The translations under genes and the position numbers were made by a program. The notes under the pieces were generated by a model. It was not told where the DNA came from, searched no databases, and saw nothing but the letters and a program-made list of their open reading frames with translations. A stretch of DNA of 63,194 nt, counting the filler, from Octopus bimaculoides (taxonomy: Eukaryota): the NCBI RefSeq assembly GCF_001194135.2. It is 7 parts of 6 records of this genome, joined end to end, with 100 filler letters (N's around TTAATTAATTAA, not from the genome) between each part and the next. Parts side by side here need not be neighbours in the genome. Positions count along the whole stretch, not along the records: positions 22,022 to 46,928 come from NC_068993.1; 6 more parts are not named here. One strand, written 5' to 3'. This document shows positions 26,021 through 36,639 of this stretch, piece after piece (position 1 is the stretch's first letter; each line of letters starts with the position of its first letter).

Positions 26021-27574
26021 CAAAGCATTTCAATCAGTATGCTAACAATCTTGCCAGGTTGCAAATGATTTTCATGGCTTTTCATCTTTACTGATTGGAA
26101 GTGTTATCATGTGCATCGTTTTGTCTTGGTATAAAAGATGGACTACAGCAAATATTCTGCTCAATACCACAGATTTGCTTGTCAGTTGTTTGACCAGTTG
26201 AGCATGTCCCTTGGTGGCTGATGATAGACAAACTTATAGGAAAAATACACACTGAAAATAAAACAAAATGCTTAGCAACTCAAAACAGTTTGCTACAGCA
26301 AAAGAAAAATAGCACATCAGATGCTATATCTCCAGAAATGTATAAGACACATAAAGAAAAAAAAAAGAAAGAAACATAACAGAGGTAGCCATGCATACAG
26401 CAAACAAAAAGCTAAGCTAAAGTAAAATTTCTACACAGCTACTCATACCGGGAATAAATAGTACAGTACAGGAAAACAGCAACATAGAAAAGGAAACACT
26501 GAAACACAAAACAAGCAAAATAACACACACCATGACAGGCCAGCTATAATTGATGATGGGGATAAACTCACTGAAGAAATAGCAAAAATAGAAGAAAACA
26601 TCACAAAATCAATAAACAGTGTCCCCCTCCTATCAGTGTAAATGTCTCCCCAAATTACAAAAAAACACAGCAAAAACAAACAACTCTGTGAAAGGATAAA
26701 TAGATACAACAGAGCCCTACATGAAATAATGACCATGTCAAAAGATATCTTAGATATCTTTTCCTTACTTAGGAACATTACACAAATAAACCTCTGAAGT
26801 CATGCAAACTTCACAATCCCTGATAACATTGGGGAACATGATTTTTGTTCTCTCGAATTGGAGGCATGGTTTTCCTAGTAGCTTTGAGGTGATGATTTCA
26901 AAAATGAAATCAATTTTTCATGAACTCATTTTCCAACATTTCTGATATTTTCACCATTTCTAAGGATAGTTGGCTTCAAAGGCACATCCATATATGGAGC
27001 TTGACATAACTTTGAAAAACATAGTTTATCATTTGAAGTAAATACAACTACAAAGACGAAAACAAAAAGCCATGATTTTAATATTGCCAGTAAATAAAAA
27101 GCATCAAACCTGAGCAACTTTCACTATTTTCAATCTAACCAGTCTTAAATGTCATAATGATGACTGAAATGTCTTTTATATGATTAGATATTAATAAACA
27201 ATATATTTCTGTGGTCTTTAACATCATATATGTCTCATATTTGTGGAATTTGTCTGCAGATATGCCCACACTGTACTTGATTTAGTGTGACTATCATTGC
27301 AAACTAGGCAAGACGTGTTTTGTTGAACCATTAATTATTTCTTATGAAAATCTGTATTTTGAAGGTGCGCTTAATGTTTTAATTGTAAGGTCACATGGGT
27401 CAGGGTCACTTTTTGTCAAACATGGTCAAAGAACTGTAGAAAGAATTTCATGGTGTATACGTTTTTTTATGGAACTTTGCCATCACAAATCTGCATTTGC
27501 TGATTTTATAACTTTTGAAAATTCTGAAAATGCTTTACTCAGTAGCATGAATATGTTTTTTTGTATTTCAGAAA

Positions 27575-28020
27575 TATGACCAGTTGTGAAAGAATAAAAT
27601 GCAAAAACAGCCCAAGTCTTTTGCTTATATTTGTGGATGTTACACTTAACTAAGCAGCAAAACAAAATCATAGATTTTTTTTGTGAAGAAAGCTTACTTT
27701 GGCATGAAATTAGGTGGTCAAGACAAAGCCTGGATATTCCATATAGTGTATAAAACATGTGTTGAAACACTGAGACAGTGACTGTTTCAAATAATTAGGC
27801 AGAAGGCTTCCAGTTTTGTCTTGTGAGAAAATTAAGGTTGGTGTATTTAACAGGTTACAGATGATATGGGTAATGCAGGATAAGCAGTTTTTGAGAGATC
27901 ATGTCTGGCAGTGAAAAGAAGCATGGAATGCTTTTGCTAGAGCTGTGTCTGATTTCCTGGGGAAACAGGAAGTCATCAAATTATTAAGAACTTATGCAGA
28001 CTCTGTTAACCAATGTTTGA
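27575..28020 (+). mobile_element. Decayed, internally deleted DNA transposase, probably CMC/Chapaev3-like
   Basis: Fragments CKNSP..YICGCYT, GMKLGGQDKAWIFHIVYKTCVETLRQ, EAWNAFARAVSDFLG..NY*ELMQTLL..LGCNM resemble recalled FCYICG / GDQDKxWAPH / NFLGN..LGCNMS transposase motifs. Confidence 0.6.
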
Positions 28021-28416
28021 TAATTGGGCTGCAACATGTATATGATGAGATGCTAAAAAGTTCCTGGCCTTAAAGGGTATCATGAAAGGCCTGGCTACAT
28101 GCCTTCATATAGAAACTAATATTATAACAAAGAAAAGACAGAGAAAAAGAATCCAACATTTTGGTAGATTATTGTACTTATTCAGAGATTAAGGTGTAGG
28201 GAAAAAACTTGATAGAAGAAAACTGATAGAAGCTTTTAAATCAGCATGCTAATTTTAGTGTAGATCAGGGGAAAAAATAAATTGAACAGAAATTATGTTC
28301 AAAATTGTTCCCTTGTGTAATCATTCATAACACGATGATGATGATGATGATGATGATGAAGGTGATGATAATTTTAATCCTGTAAACTGATTTTGTTGTT
28401 TTGCTTAAATTTCCAG

Positions 28417-28602
28417 TTAATCAAAGTAAATTTTCTCCAAAAGAACAAGAATGCCCTCACAATGTTTCTGTCTGTGAAAAAAATATTCAACCAAACAAAA
28501 CAGCTGTTGGCACTAAGTTTGAGGAATCACTATTTGGCCATCGTATCCATTTTAAATGTCAAAATAACTTTGAATGGCAATATGATTATCAATGTCCAAA
28601 TG
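28417..28602 (+). CDS. Exon B: Cys-rich ectodomain module 2
   Basis: ttgttttgcttaaatttccag / gtaagt; 186 nt, phase 1-1: (V)NQSKFSPKEQECPHNVSVCEKNIQPNKTAVGTKFEESLFGHRIHFKCQNNFEWQYDYQCPN; aligns with exon A. Confidence 0.9.
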
Positions 28603-29177
28603 GTAAGTAAGAATAACATTTTTCTTACATATATAAGGTGATGATAATGGTGGTGGTGATGTTGAGAAAGTAGTTATATCTGTGACATAAGTAGGAATTG
28701 GAGATCTATATGATGTCCTCACTGTCTGCTCAATTCTTTTCTGTTTTCAGTTTCTCAATATATTCACTTAGATCTAGGCATTGCATCACATAAACATGTA
28801 CATATATGCATGTCTATGTGCTTGTTTGTGTTTGTATGAGCTATGCATACAACTGATAAGGTAATCTGCATAGCAGTAATTATTGTTAATAGTGGTTTTC
28901 ACTAACAGTCTCAACTACAACTAAAAACACTTAACTCTGTATGGATTACCTTACAAGTGTGTTATACCAGTGTGTATAAGCAGGAAAAAGTAGTCGTTTT
29001 TTTTTTTCTGAAATATCTTGTAAAACAACACTTGAGACTGTGATATTGGTGTCAGTTTATGTATTTTTGTTTATATTGTATATATCATGAGTATTTTTGC
29101 CTTATAAGTCTTACTATAACATTTTGATGTATGAGTCATGTTAACCCAGTTTAGACCAGTTGTTGTTTTTATTGCAG

Positions 29178-29294
29178 GTAAAGTATCAAAAGCTAAACGA
29201 AATATAATAGTAATCACCTGCTTAGGAGTATTTGTTCCATTATTATTGGTGTTGCTAGCAATAATATGTTGCTGCAAATCACATACAAAGAAAG
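29178..29294 (+). CDS. Exon C: transmembrane exon
   Basis: gttgtttttattgcag / gtttgt; 117 nt, phase 1-1: (G)KVSKAKRNIIVITCLGVFVPLLLVLLAIICCCKSHTKK. A hydrophobic span of about 22 aa is followed by a Cys cluster and basic stop-transfer residues. Confidence 0.85.
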
Positions 29295-29958
29295 GTTTGT
29301 ATAATATTAGAGCTTAAACTTTCTAATAACATTGTGTTGAGTGCGTCCCAAGTCTAAGAAACATTCTCAATTTCACTTCACATCACATTAACAATTCTTG
29401 TTTCTCTTTACCTTAAAAATACAATAATGAATGCTTTGTGTGTATTGTATGTAACTTACTATCACCGTCTCTGTGCATCGCCAACCAACACCTAAACATT
29501 CCAAATATCCGATCTCCTTCTTAATTCCCAAACCAGCCTCACTTACCATCTTTGTATCTATTAAACTGCCCACTCACTACCTAATCCTAACTACTTAACC
29601 ATATATCTAATACTAAGCCATTCTCCACTGTCTGGAACCTACAAAGGTGGGACCTCTGATTAGGCATAGGTTTCACCAGCTTTTTGTTACTGATCTCTTC
29701 ATACATAATTGTTTCAAGACAGCTAAGAGGGTGATGAAAACTATTCTCTAAGAGATTACATCAAATCTACCAAATGATATGTTTGTAATTGTACGATAGT
29801 ATCACAAGTGAAGAGCGTAGTTTATGATCTACAGAAGAGGCAGCAGCCATAGCCTTTACAACCCGTCTTCTCTAATGCACTTATCTAATTCTGTTTTATA
29901 TTGTTATATCTAATGTACTGTTTGATATTGTTTCTCTTTTCATAAATTTGTTTTTAAG

Positions 29959-30159
29959 GAAGCCCTATCTTACAATATTTTAAGGCTGTAGTAGGGAAAT
30001 GTATCTCATGCAACTGTCCACGTAAAAGAGAGGTCCCAGATGTTACAAATGGGGAGCAAAATGAATTATTTGTGTTGCTAGAGCGCAGCGTTACTCGTGG
30101 TAATGATACTTCAACTGTTGAGGAGCAAAGACAATTATCCTGTACAGATCACATTTCAA
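29959..30159 (+). CDS. Exon D: cytoplasmic cassette 1
   Basis: tttctcttttcataaatttgtttttaag / gtaagt; 201 nt, phase 1-1, open: (G)SPILQYFKAVVGKCISCNCPRKREVPDVTNGEQNELF...RSVTRGNDTSTVEEQRQLSCTDHIS. Confidence 0.8.
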
Positions 30160-30328
30160 GTAAGTATTAAGAAATTGTGAAACATTATCGTACTTCTGGT
30201 TACATAATTGTCAAAGTGGTTAGGTTGCAGAACAAACATGTTCACTGGTGATGTACTGTATATTTCCATGTATAAGACGATCTTTAGATAAGATGAGATT
30301 AAGGTTTGTAAAAAATTTAAGGAATTTG

Positions 30329-30660
30329 TCATCATCATCATCATCATCGTGTAATGTCCGCTTTCCATGCTAGCATGGACAATTTGACTGAGGTGAACCA
30401 GATGGCTGCACCAGGCTCCAATCTGATCTGGAAGAGTTTCTACGGCTGGATGCCCTTCCTAATGCCAACCACTCCGAGAGTGTAGTGGGTGCTTTTACAT
30501 GCCACCGGCACAAGAGCCAGTCAGGCGGTACTGGCAACAGCCACACTGAAATGGTGTTTTTTATGTGCCACCTGAACAGGAGCCAGTCCAGTGGCACTGG
30601 CAATGACCTCACTCAAATATTTTTTCACGTGCCACCGGCACAAGTGCCAGTATGGCGACA
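30329..30660 (-). mobile_element. RTE 3' tail (intronic)
   Basis: (cat)n tail, gatgcccttcct motif and gtgccacc units. Confidence 0.85.
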
Positions 30661-30739
30661 GACGACTGCTAAATTACAAAACCATCTGTGTACAAGCTAG
30701 CTTTTGCATCAAGTGAAATTTATAATTATTTTATACCTA

Positions 30740-31140
30740 TATCAACATGCAACCACCAGCAAAAGAAGAAAATATGAGACTAGTTTCAAATTGAAAGTTA
30801 TAGAAGTAGCCAAGAGTTTAAATAATCGTGCTGCTGCTAGAGCATTCAATGTTACCAAGGAGATGGTACGAGAATGGAGAAAGAATGAGGAAAAATTAAG
30901 ACAAATGCCCAAACAAAAATGTGCAATGAGAAGAGGAAGCACTCGTTGACCAAAGTTGGAAAATGATGTAGCAGAATGGGTACTCCAGCAAAGACAAGAT
31001 GGCTACATTGTAGCACAAAATAAAACAAGATCTTATGCCCTAAAATGGGCTAAATCATATAAAGAAAAAAGTAAGATCTTAAAGCAACAGTAGCCTGGTG
31101 CAATCATTTTATGAGCAGACAAAAACTGGTAATAAGGGAC
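30740..31140 (+). mobile_element. Pogo/Tigger-like transposase N-terminal fragment; probable terminal piece at about 32230-32330
   Basis: KRRKYETSFKLKVIEVAKSLNNRAAARAFNVTKEMVREWRK...R*PKLENDVAEWV (HTH_psq / CENP-B-type HTH pattern). Confidence 0.8.
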
Positions 31141-31254
31141 TGTGTTGAAACAGATATTATTGTATTTCAGGATGGTCATTTTTTTTTTTTTGCCAAATAA
31201 ACACACGCACTATATATTTATTCTTCACTTGTTTATTACTGTTCTTATTTTAAC

Positions 31255-31800
31255 TCATGTTCATTGTCTGGAAATCTTTCATCAAACAGCTGTGACCTCT
31301 TTAAGTACAGAGGCCTATCTTTAGCTATATATTGCTCCTGCTGCTGCCTTACAAGAACTATAGCATTGATGGTGCTTCTCCCTGGCATAAAACCAAACTG
31401 CATCTCATCTAGACTAATTCTCCTCCACATTAGTTGGGCTATGACTCTCTCTGTAACTTTCATCACCAGACCCAACAATATGAGACCTCTGTAATTATTT
31501 CTATCTAAGGCATCACCTTTACTTTTCTAGCAGTTGACTATGGTGCTGCTACACAAGTCATTGGGTATGACTCCTTCGTGAATTACCTGATTTACAATAC
31601 AGGTGACTAAACCATAACCTACACCACCAGATATTTTAAGCATCTCAGCAGTGACTCCTGAAGGGACAGGAGCTTTCCCTGTCTTCATGTCCTTAATTGC
31701 TTTACCAGGGTACTACTGATTCAGGTAGCTGGTCCTTCAATTGGGTCCACATTCATTTTCTACATTCATAATGGCATTTCCAAGCCTCTTTCTTTTCAGA
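31255..31800 (-). mobile_element. RTE RT fragment (intronic)
   Basis: VMKVTERVIAQLM..ISLDEMQFGFMPGRSTINAI matches 44860-44960. Confidence 0.85.
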
Positions 31801-31873
31801 ATCACCTAATGCATGTGCAACAGCATCCATTTCTCTCCTATAATATTTATCTTTTCCTACAATTATTTTCAAG

Positions 31874-32050
31874 ATATTAACAATGAAAATACTTGTGAAG
31901 TAGACCAGCTAAGAGAGCTCGGTGGGCCAGCCAATGAATCTAAGAGAAATAATGACAAAGATAGTGGATACAGTGAAGAAACTCATCAAGATGATGTACA
32001 ACAGGAGAACTGTGGCAATGATACATTGTCGCATACAGCTAACAATATGA
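31874..32050 (+). CDS. Exon E: cytoplasmic cassette 2
   Basis: ttttcctacaattattttcaag / gtaagt; 177 nt, phase 1-1: INNENTCEVDQLRELGGPANESKRNNDKDSGYSEETHQDDVQQENCGNDTLSHTANNM. Confidence 0.9.
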
Positions 32051-32654
32051 GTAAGTATTAAGCAATTGTGAAATATTATCATACTTCTGGTTACACAATT
32101 GTCAAGTGGTTAGGTTGCGGAACAAACATGTGTTCACAAGAGATGTAGATTTAATCTTTTGTATCTGATATATTTCTAGCAAAGCTACATATTACATAGT
32201 AATATGTGAGTCGAGCTGCACAGCAGACAAATATATTGATGAGGCACCTAACCTTGCTTTGATCCTCTAGCCTCGCTTTGATACAGTAGCCTCATTCTGA
32301 GACACTAGCCTCGTTCTGAACTACACTGTAGAAACAGCCTCAGTTCCTGCCAGGCTTTGGTCAAAGACTCATGTCTTCTCTACAGCTCCACATACAATCT
32401 CCCACATGCAACTCACATGTCTATTCACCAACGACACAAAATATATGGTTCGTAAACAAGGATATTTTATCACATACACATTCTCAAAATGACTGTTCTC
32501 ACATATGCATACACACTGTGATACAAATATTATATGTTACTTCTTTCAGTGCAAAAACAAAAATCAAAACTTTCTTTGTATGTAAACACACGTTTTTGTA
32601 TTATACTACATACTTCCACCACAAAAAGTGAACACAGAATAGACAATATATTTC

Positions 32655-32965
32655 ATCATCATCATTGTCGTCGTTTAACGTCCGCTTTCCATGCTAGCAT
32701 GGGTTAGACGATTTGACTGAAGACTGGTGAAACCAGATGGCTACACCAGGCTCCAATCTGATTTGGCAGAGTTTCTACAGCTGGTTGCCCTTCCTAACGT
32801 CATGCCCTTCCTGTCTTATGGTGATTCATACTATTTTTCCATCTAATAACATGCACTTGAATGTCCAGCAAATTAGCCTGGTGCAGCCATCTGGTTCGCC
32901 AGTCCTCAGTCAAATTGCCCAACCCATGCTAGCATGGAAGGCGGACGTTAAACGATGATGATGTA
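32655..32965. mobile_element. Two RTE 3' tails in opposite orientation (about 90-bp inverted repeat)
   Basis: About 32660-32755 (minus) and 32876-32963 (plus) are reverse complements. Confidence 0.9.
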
Positions 32966-33081
32966 TGTATGCAATATGTGTAGGTGTGTGTATGTATATA
33001 CACTTTACCTCTCATTCTAGCCTAATGCAGTTATCTAGTGTTGACTTTATTATATTGTTTTTATTTTCATGTAATTTGAAG

Positions 33082-33243
33082 AAGATGACAGCATGTGTAA
33101 TCATGATGAAAATCCACCAACAGACACCCCTCCCCTGAAGATTAGCAAGACTAAAAGAAGTCTTATGAAATCTTTATCATTAGGTGTTCTTTTGACAGCT
33201 GATTCTTCAAATACATCATTATTGAGTCTGCCTGGCAATATAA
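33082..33243 (+). CDS. Exon F: cytoplasmic cassette 3
   Basis: tttttattttcatgtaatttgaag (NAGNAG, alternative start 33085) / gtaagt; 162 nt, phase 1-1: DDSMCNHDENPPTDTPPLKISKTKRSLMKSLSLGVLLTADSSNTSLLSLPGNI. Confidence 0.85.
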
Positions 33244-33824
33244 GTAAGTATGAAGAATTTGTGAAATATTATCAAAGTTTGTCATAGTTCTCATACAGTT
33301 GTCAAATGGTTAGTTTTCAGAAATGGAATCCAAGCCATTTTCTCGCTATTTTGCCTATCATGTCCAAAACTTTAGATCTTCCACAATTCTTGTAGACATA
33401 ATGAGAGACAGATCTAGAGGAGTTGTGAAGCTGCTAGGGAAGTATCATGGTGGACTTGTGCTGTGTGCAATAGGCTAAATGCAGAGAAGCCTCAGACATG
33501 AAACAAAGTACAAGGTTTTCTTGATTGATAGTAGTAATGGTATGAGTAGAATAAGCATACTTTTGTAGAGAAGTGTGTAGATAAAGTAATCAATATCGTC
33601 AGAGTGAATGATAAGATAATTAAACTTTGATTTATTTTACATAATATGATAGCAACAGTTATCTCCACTTACTCTCCACAATCTAGATATTAGCATATGA
33701 ACTGAAGGTCCTGTTCAATGAAGCCTCATTCTTACTACTTTAGCCACAAATAGCAATGACTTCATCATTTTGGCTAATAACTTCAATAAACATGTTTGGC
33801 AACACCCTAGCAGTTTCCATAACA

Positions 33825-34310
33825 TCATCATCATCATCATCCTCATCATCCGCTTTCCATGCTAGCATGGGCTGGACGATTTGACTGGGGACTGGTGAAA
33901 CCAGATGGCAACACCAGGCTCCAATCTGATTTGGCAGAGTTTCTACAGCTGGATGCCCTTCCTAATGCCAACCACTCCGAGAGTGTAGTGGGTGCTTTTA
34001 CGTGTCACCCGCACGAAGGCCAGTCAGGCGGTACTGGCAACGGCCACACTCAAAATGGTGTATTTTATGTGCCACCCGCACAAGAGCCAGTCCAGGGGCA
34101 CTGGCAACGATCTCGCTCAAAAATCCTTACACATGTCACGGGGCACAAGTGCCAGAAAGGCGATGCTGGGCACAGGTGCCATCCCGATTTCACTTTCACT
34201 TGCCCTAATAAGTCTTCGCAAGCTGAGTTTTGTGTCCAATGAAGGAGACGACGTTGGCATGGGTGCCAGTCGTCAAATTTAGTTCAATTTCACTTGCCTC
34301 AACAACATAC
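33825..34310 (-). mobile_element. RTE 3'UTR and tail
   Basis: Same tail and unit array as other copies. Confidence 0.9.
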
Positions 34311-34715
34311 ATGGATATTAAAACTTGGGTCTAAGGGTCAAGGAGGACACAAAGCTCCTACACTTCTATAATGTTGATGAATGACAATTTGCAACACTGA
34401 CTTCAGGAAACCACCTACAAATCAAGTAAACACACAAGCCAGATAAATTTCATTCTTAGATCATGAAATTTTTCTCTGAGAAGAATGTACAACCCAACAC
34501 AGGTTAGTAATTAGTGGCTTCAGAGTAAGATCTAGATGGATTCAGAAATACAGAACTTCACTTAGGGAATGACAAAGGACTGTGACATGCAGTAATGCCA
34601 CAACTGTGATAGATTAGTTATGTTATGCCTAACATTAAGCGTGAATGATGCTTTATACCAAGTTATGTCAATAAGTGAGCAGAAAGGTAAAACCTGTTTA
34701 AAAATTTGCTAAATT

Positions 34716-35000
34716 CATCATCGTCGTTTAACGTCCGCTTTCCATGCTAGCATAGGTTGGACGATTTGACTGAGGACTGGTGAACCGGATGGCCACACCA
34801 GGCTCCAATCTGATTTGGCAGAGTTTCTACAGATGGATGCCCTTCCTAACGCCAACCACTCAGAGAGTGTAGTGGGTGCTTTTACGTGCCACCAGCATGA
34901 TAGCCAGTCAGGTGGTACTGGCAACAGCCACACTCAAAATGGTGTATTTTACGTGCCACCTGCACAGGAGCCAGACCAGCGGCACTGGCACGATATTGAT
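34716..35000 (-). mobile_element. RTE 3' tail
   Basis: Same tail motifs. Confidence 0.9.
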
Positions 35001-35111
35001 TGTTTAAAAAAAAACCCTGCTTCATTGAATGAGAGAATGCATTTCTGAAAATTCATATGAGTTATAAATTTAGCAAACAATATATTCATACTTCCCACTT
35101 TTATTTTACAG

Positions 35112-35147
35112 ATGAGCCAAGGTGTCATTTATCAATGCCAGTACAAG
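35112..35147 (+). CDS. Exon G: 36-nt microexon
   Basis: cttttattttacag / gtaaat; phase 1-1: EPRCHLSMPVQ. Confidence 0.75.
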
Positions 35148-35199
35148 GTAAATAGATCATTATTATTCACATTCTACAGTCTATAATTTCTCTAATACA

Positions 35200-35945
35200 A
35201 AGTGAGCATATTTTTGTTTGTTTGTACATTGACTGCTGAAAGCACTAAATAAAATTGATAATATTTCAGGATTTTCGTCCCATTTAGATTATTTGAAACA
35301 TTTTGCAAATAACTGCACTTATTTTTTAAAAATAGATTGGGTAGTGGGTGGGGTGGGGTGAGTTGGTGGTGTATCGACTCCTATTTCTAGCAATCCATGT
35401 ATTGTCTATTTCACCGTAATGTCTATACATCCTTATAAAAAGCATTGTCTGCTTCTTTGCTTGTACATTGTACATTGATTGCTGAAAACACTAAATATAA
35501 AAAGCAAAGTTTGTTTGTTTGTACGTTGACCACTGGAAATGCAAAATGATATTGATAATATTTCAGGCTTTTCATATCATTACAATTCATTTGATATTCC
35601 GCAGATAACTGCGCACTTATTTTCCAAAACCAGACTGGTAGGAGGGGGACAGTTGGTGATGTATTGGCACCTATTTCTAACAATCTATGTACTGACAATT
35701 TCACTGTAATGTTTATATCGCTGTCCTTATGAAAAGCAAAGTTTGTTTATTTGCACATTGACTGCTGAAAACACTAAATAAAATTAATATTTCAGGTTTA
35801 TCATGTCATTTCAATTAATTTGACCATTCTGCAGATAACTGTGCACTTATTTTATGAAAACGGAATGGATGAGGGTGGAAGCCAAGTTGATGGTGCATAG
35901 GCTTCTATTTCTAGCAATCCACGTACTGTCTATTGCACCATAATA
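35200..35945. repeat. Three tandem intronic units of about 250-270 bp
   Basis: tttgtttg..cattgactgctgaaa.cactaaata..atttcagg..gataactg..cacttattt..ttggtg.tg..ctatttcta.caatc recurs three times. Confidence 0.85.
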
Positions 35946-36557
35946 CTTTTTAGAGAGGGAAAAAATACTCCACCTATCACTCAATCTGCCTCTAACTTTC
36001 TCGAAGGTTATACATTACAGTTATTCTTTTGAAGTTACCACCAGACCTCTGCATTTTCTCTGTCTATATGTCCCTTTCTATGCCTCTGAGAGCATTCTGG
36101 GTGATAGCAGATAAGTAAGGTGTGATAGTAGGCAGGGAAAGATAATGGGAAATGGAAGTGGTTTGGGGTAGGGAAGAAAAGTATCTGGGAAAGGTGGGGG
36201 ATGTAGTATGTGGCTATTCTGCTCTCAGGTGATAGAAAAGTGATGGATGTTTGGGTATGAAATTTGAGGGGCAAAGGTTGACAGTGTGGAACCCCTTATA
36301 TACAAGCATTGCCAAAGTGGTTTTAGGATATCAGTTCTACTGTGGTAGACGAGTCTTTTTAAGAATAGCAAGGTGCCAGTTATTTCAATCCTTTTTCATC
36401 TCTTTTGTAAGGCTCAGCATTTTGAGATCAACCTTCAGCACTTCATTCTGTGTCTTTCTGGGTCTTCCTCTTCCACAAGTTCCAGGAACACAGAAGCATA
36501 ACCTGTATTTTATGCTTTATATAATTTAAACTGTATTTCTATATTTCCCCTTTTCAG

Positions 36558-36587
36558 AACATGGTAGCACAGCAGTGTCAGCTTATG
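36558..36587 (+). CDS. Exon H: 30-nt microexon
   Basis: atttccccttttcag / gtatgt; phase 1-1: HGSTAVSAY. Confidence 0.75.
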
Positions 36588-36639
36588 GTATGTATATCTT
36601 TTTCAACTAAGCTATATACAGTCTGCCAAGTGAAACTAT

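Noticed and set aside
26443-27117. Hydrophobic minus-strand ORFs (111 aa and 63 aa)
   Set aside because: Antisense of A-rich sequence, probably a retroelement relic; no splice or motif support.
28751-28777. Strong acceptor (ttttctgttttcag) between exons B and C
   Set aside because: Only a poor GC donor gives phase 1; not included in the gene model.
29178-29183. AG|GT read purely as an intronic recursive site with no exon
   Set aside because: The downstream 117 nt encode a clear TM segment with a phase-compatible donor, so it is called as an exon; dual use is kept as a finding.
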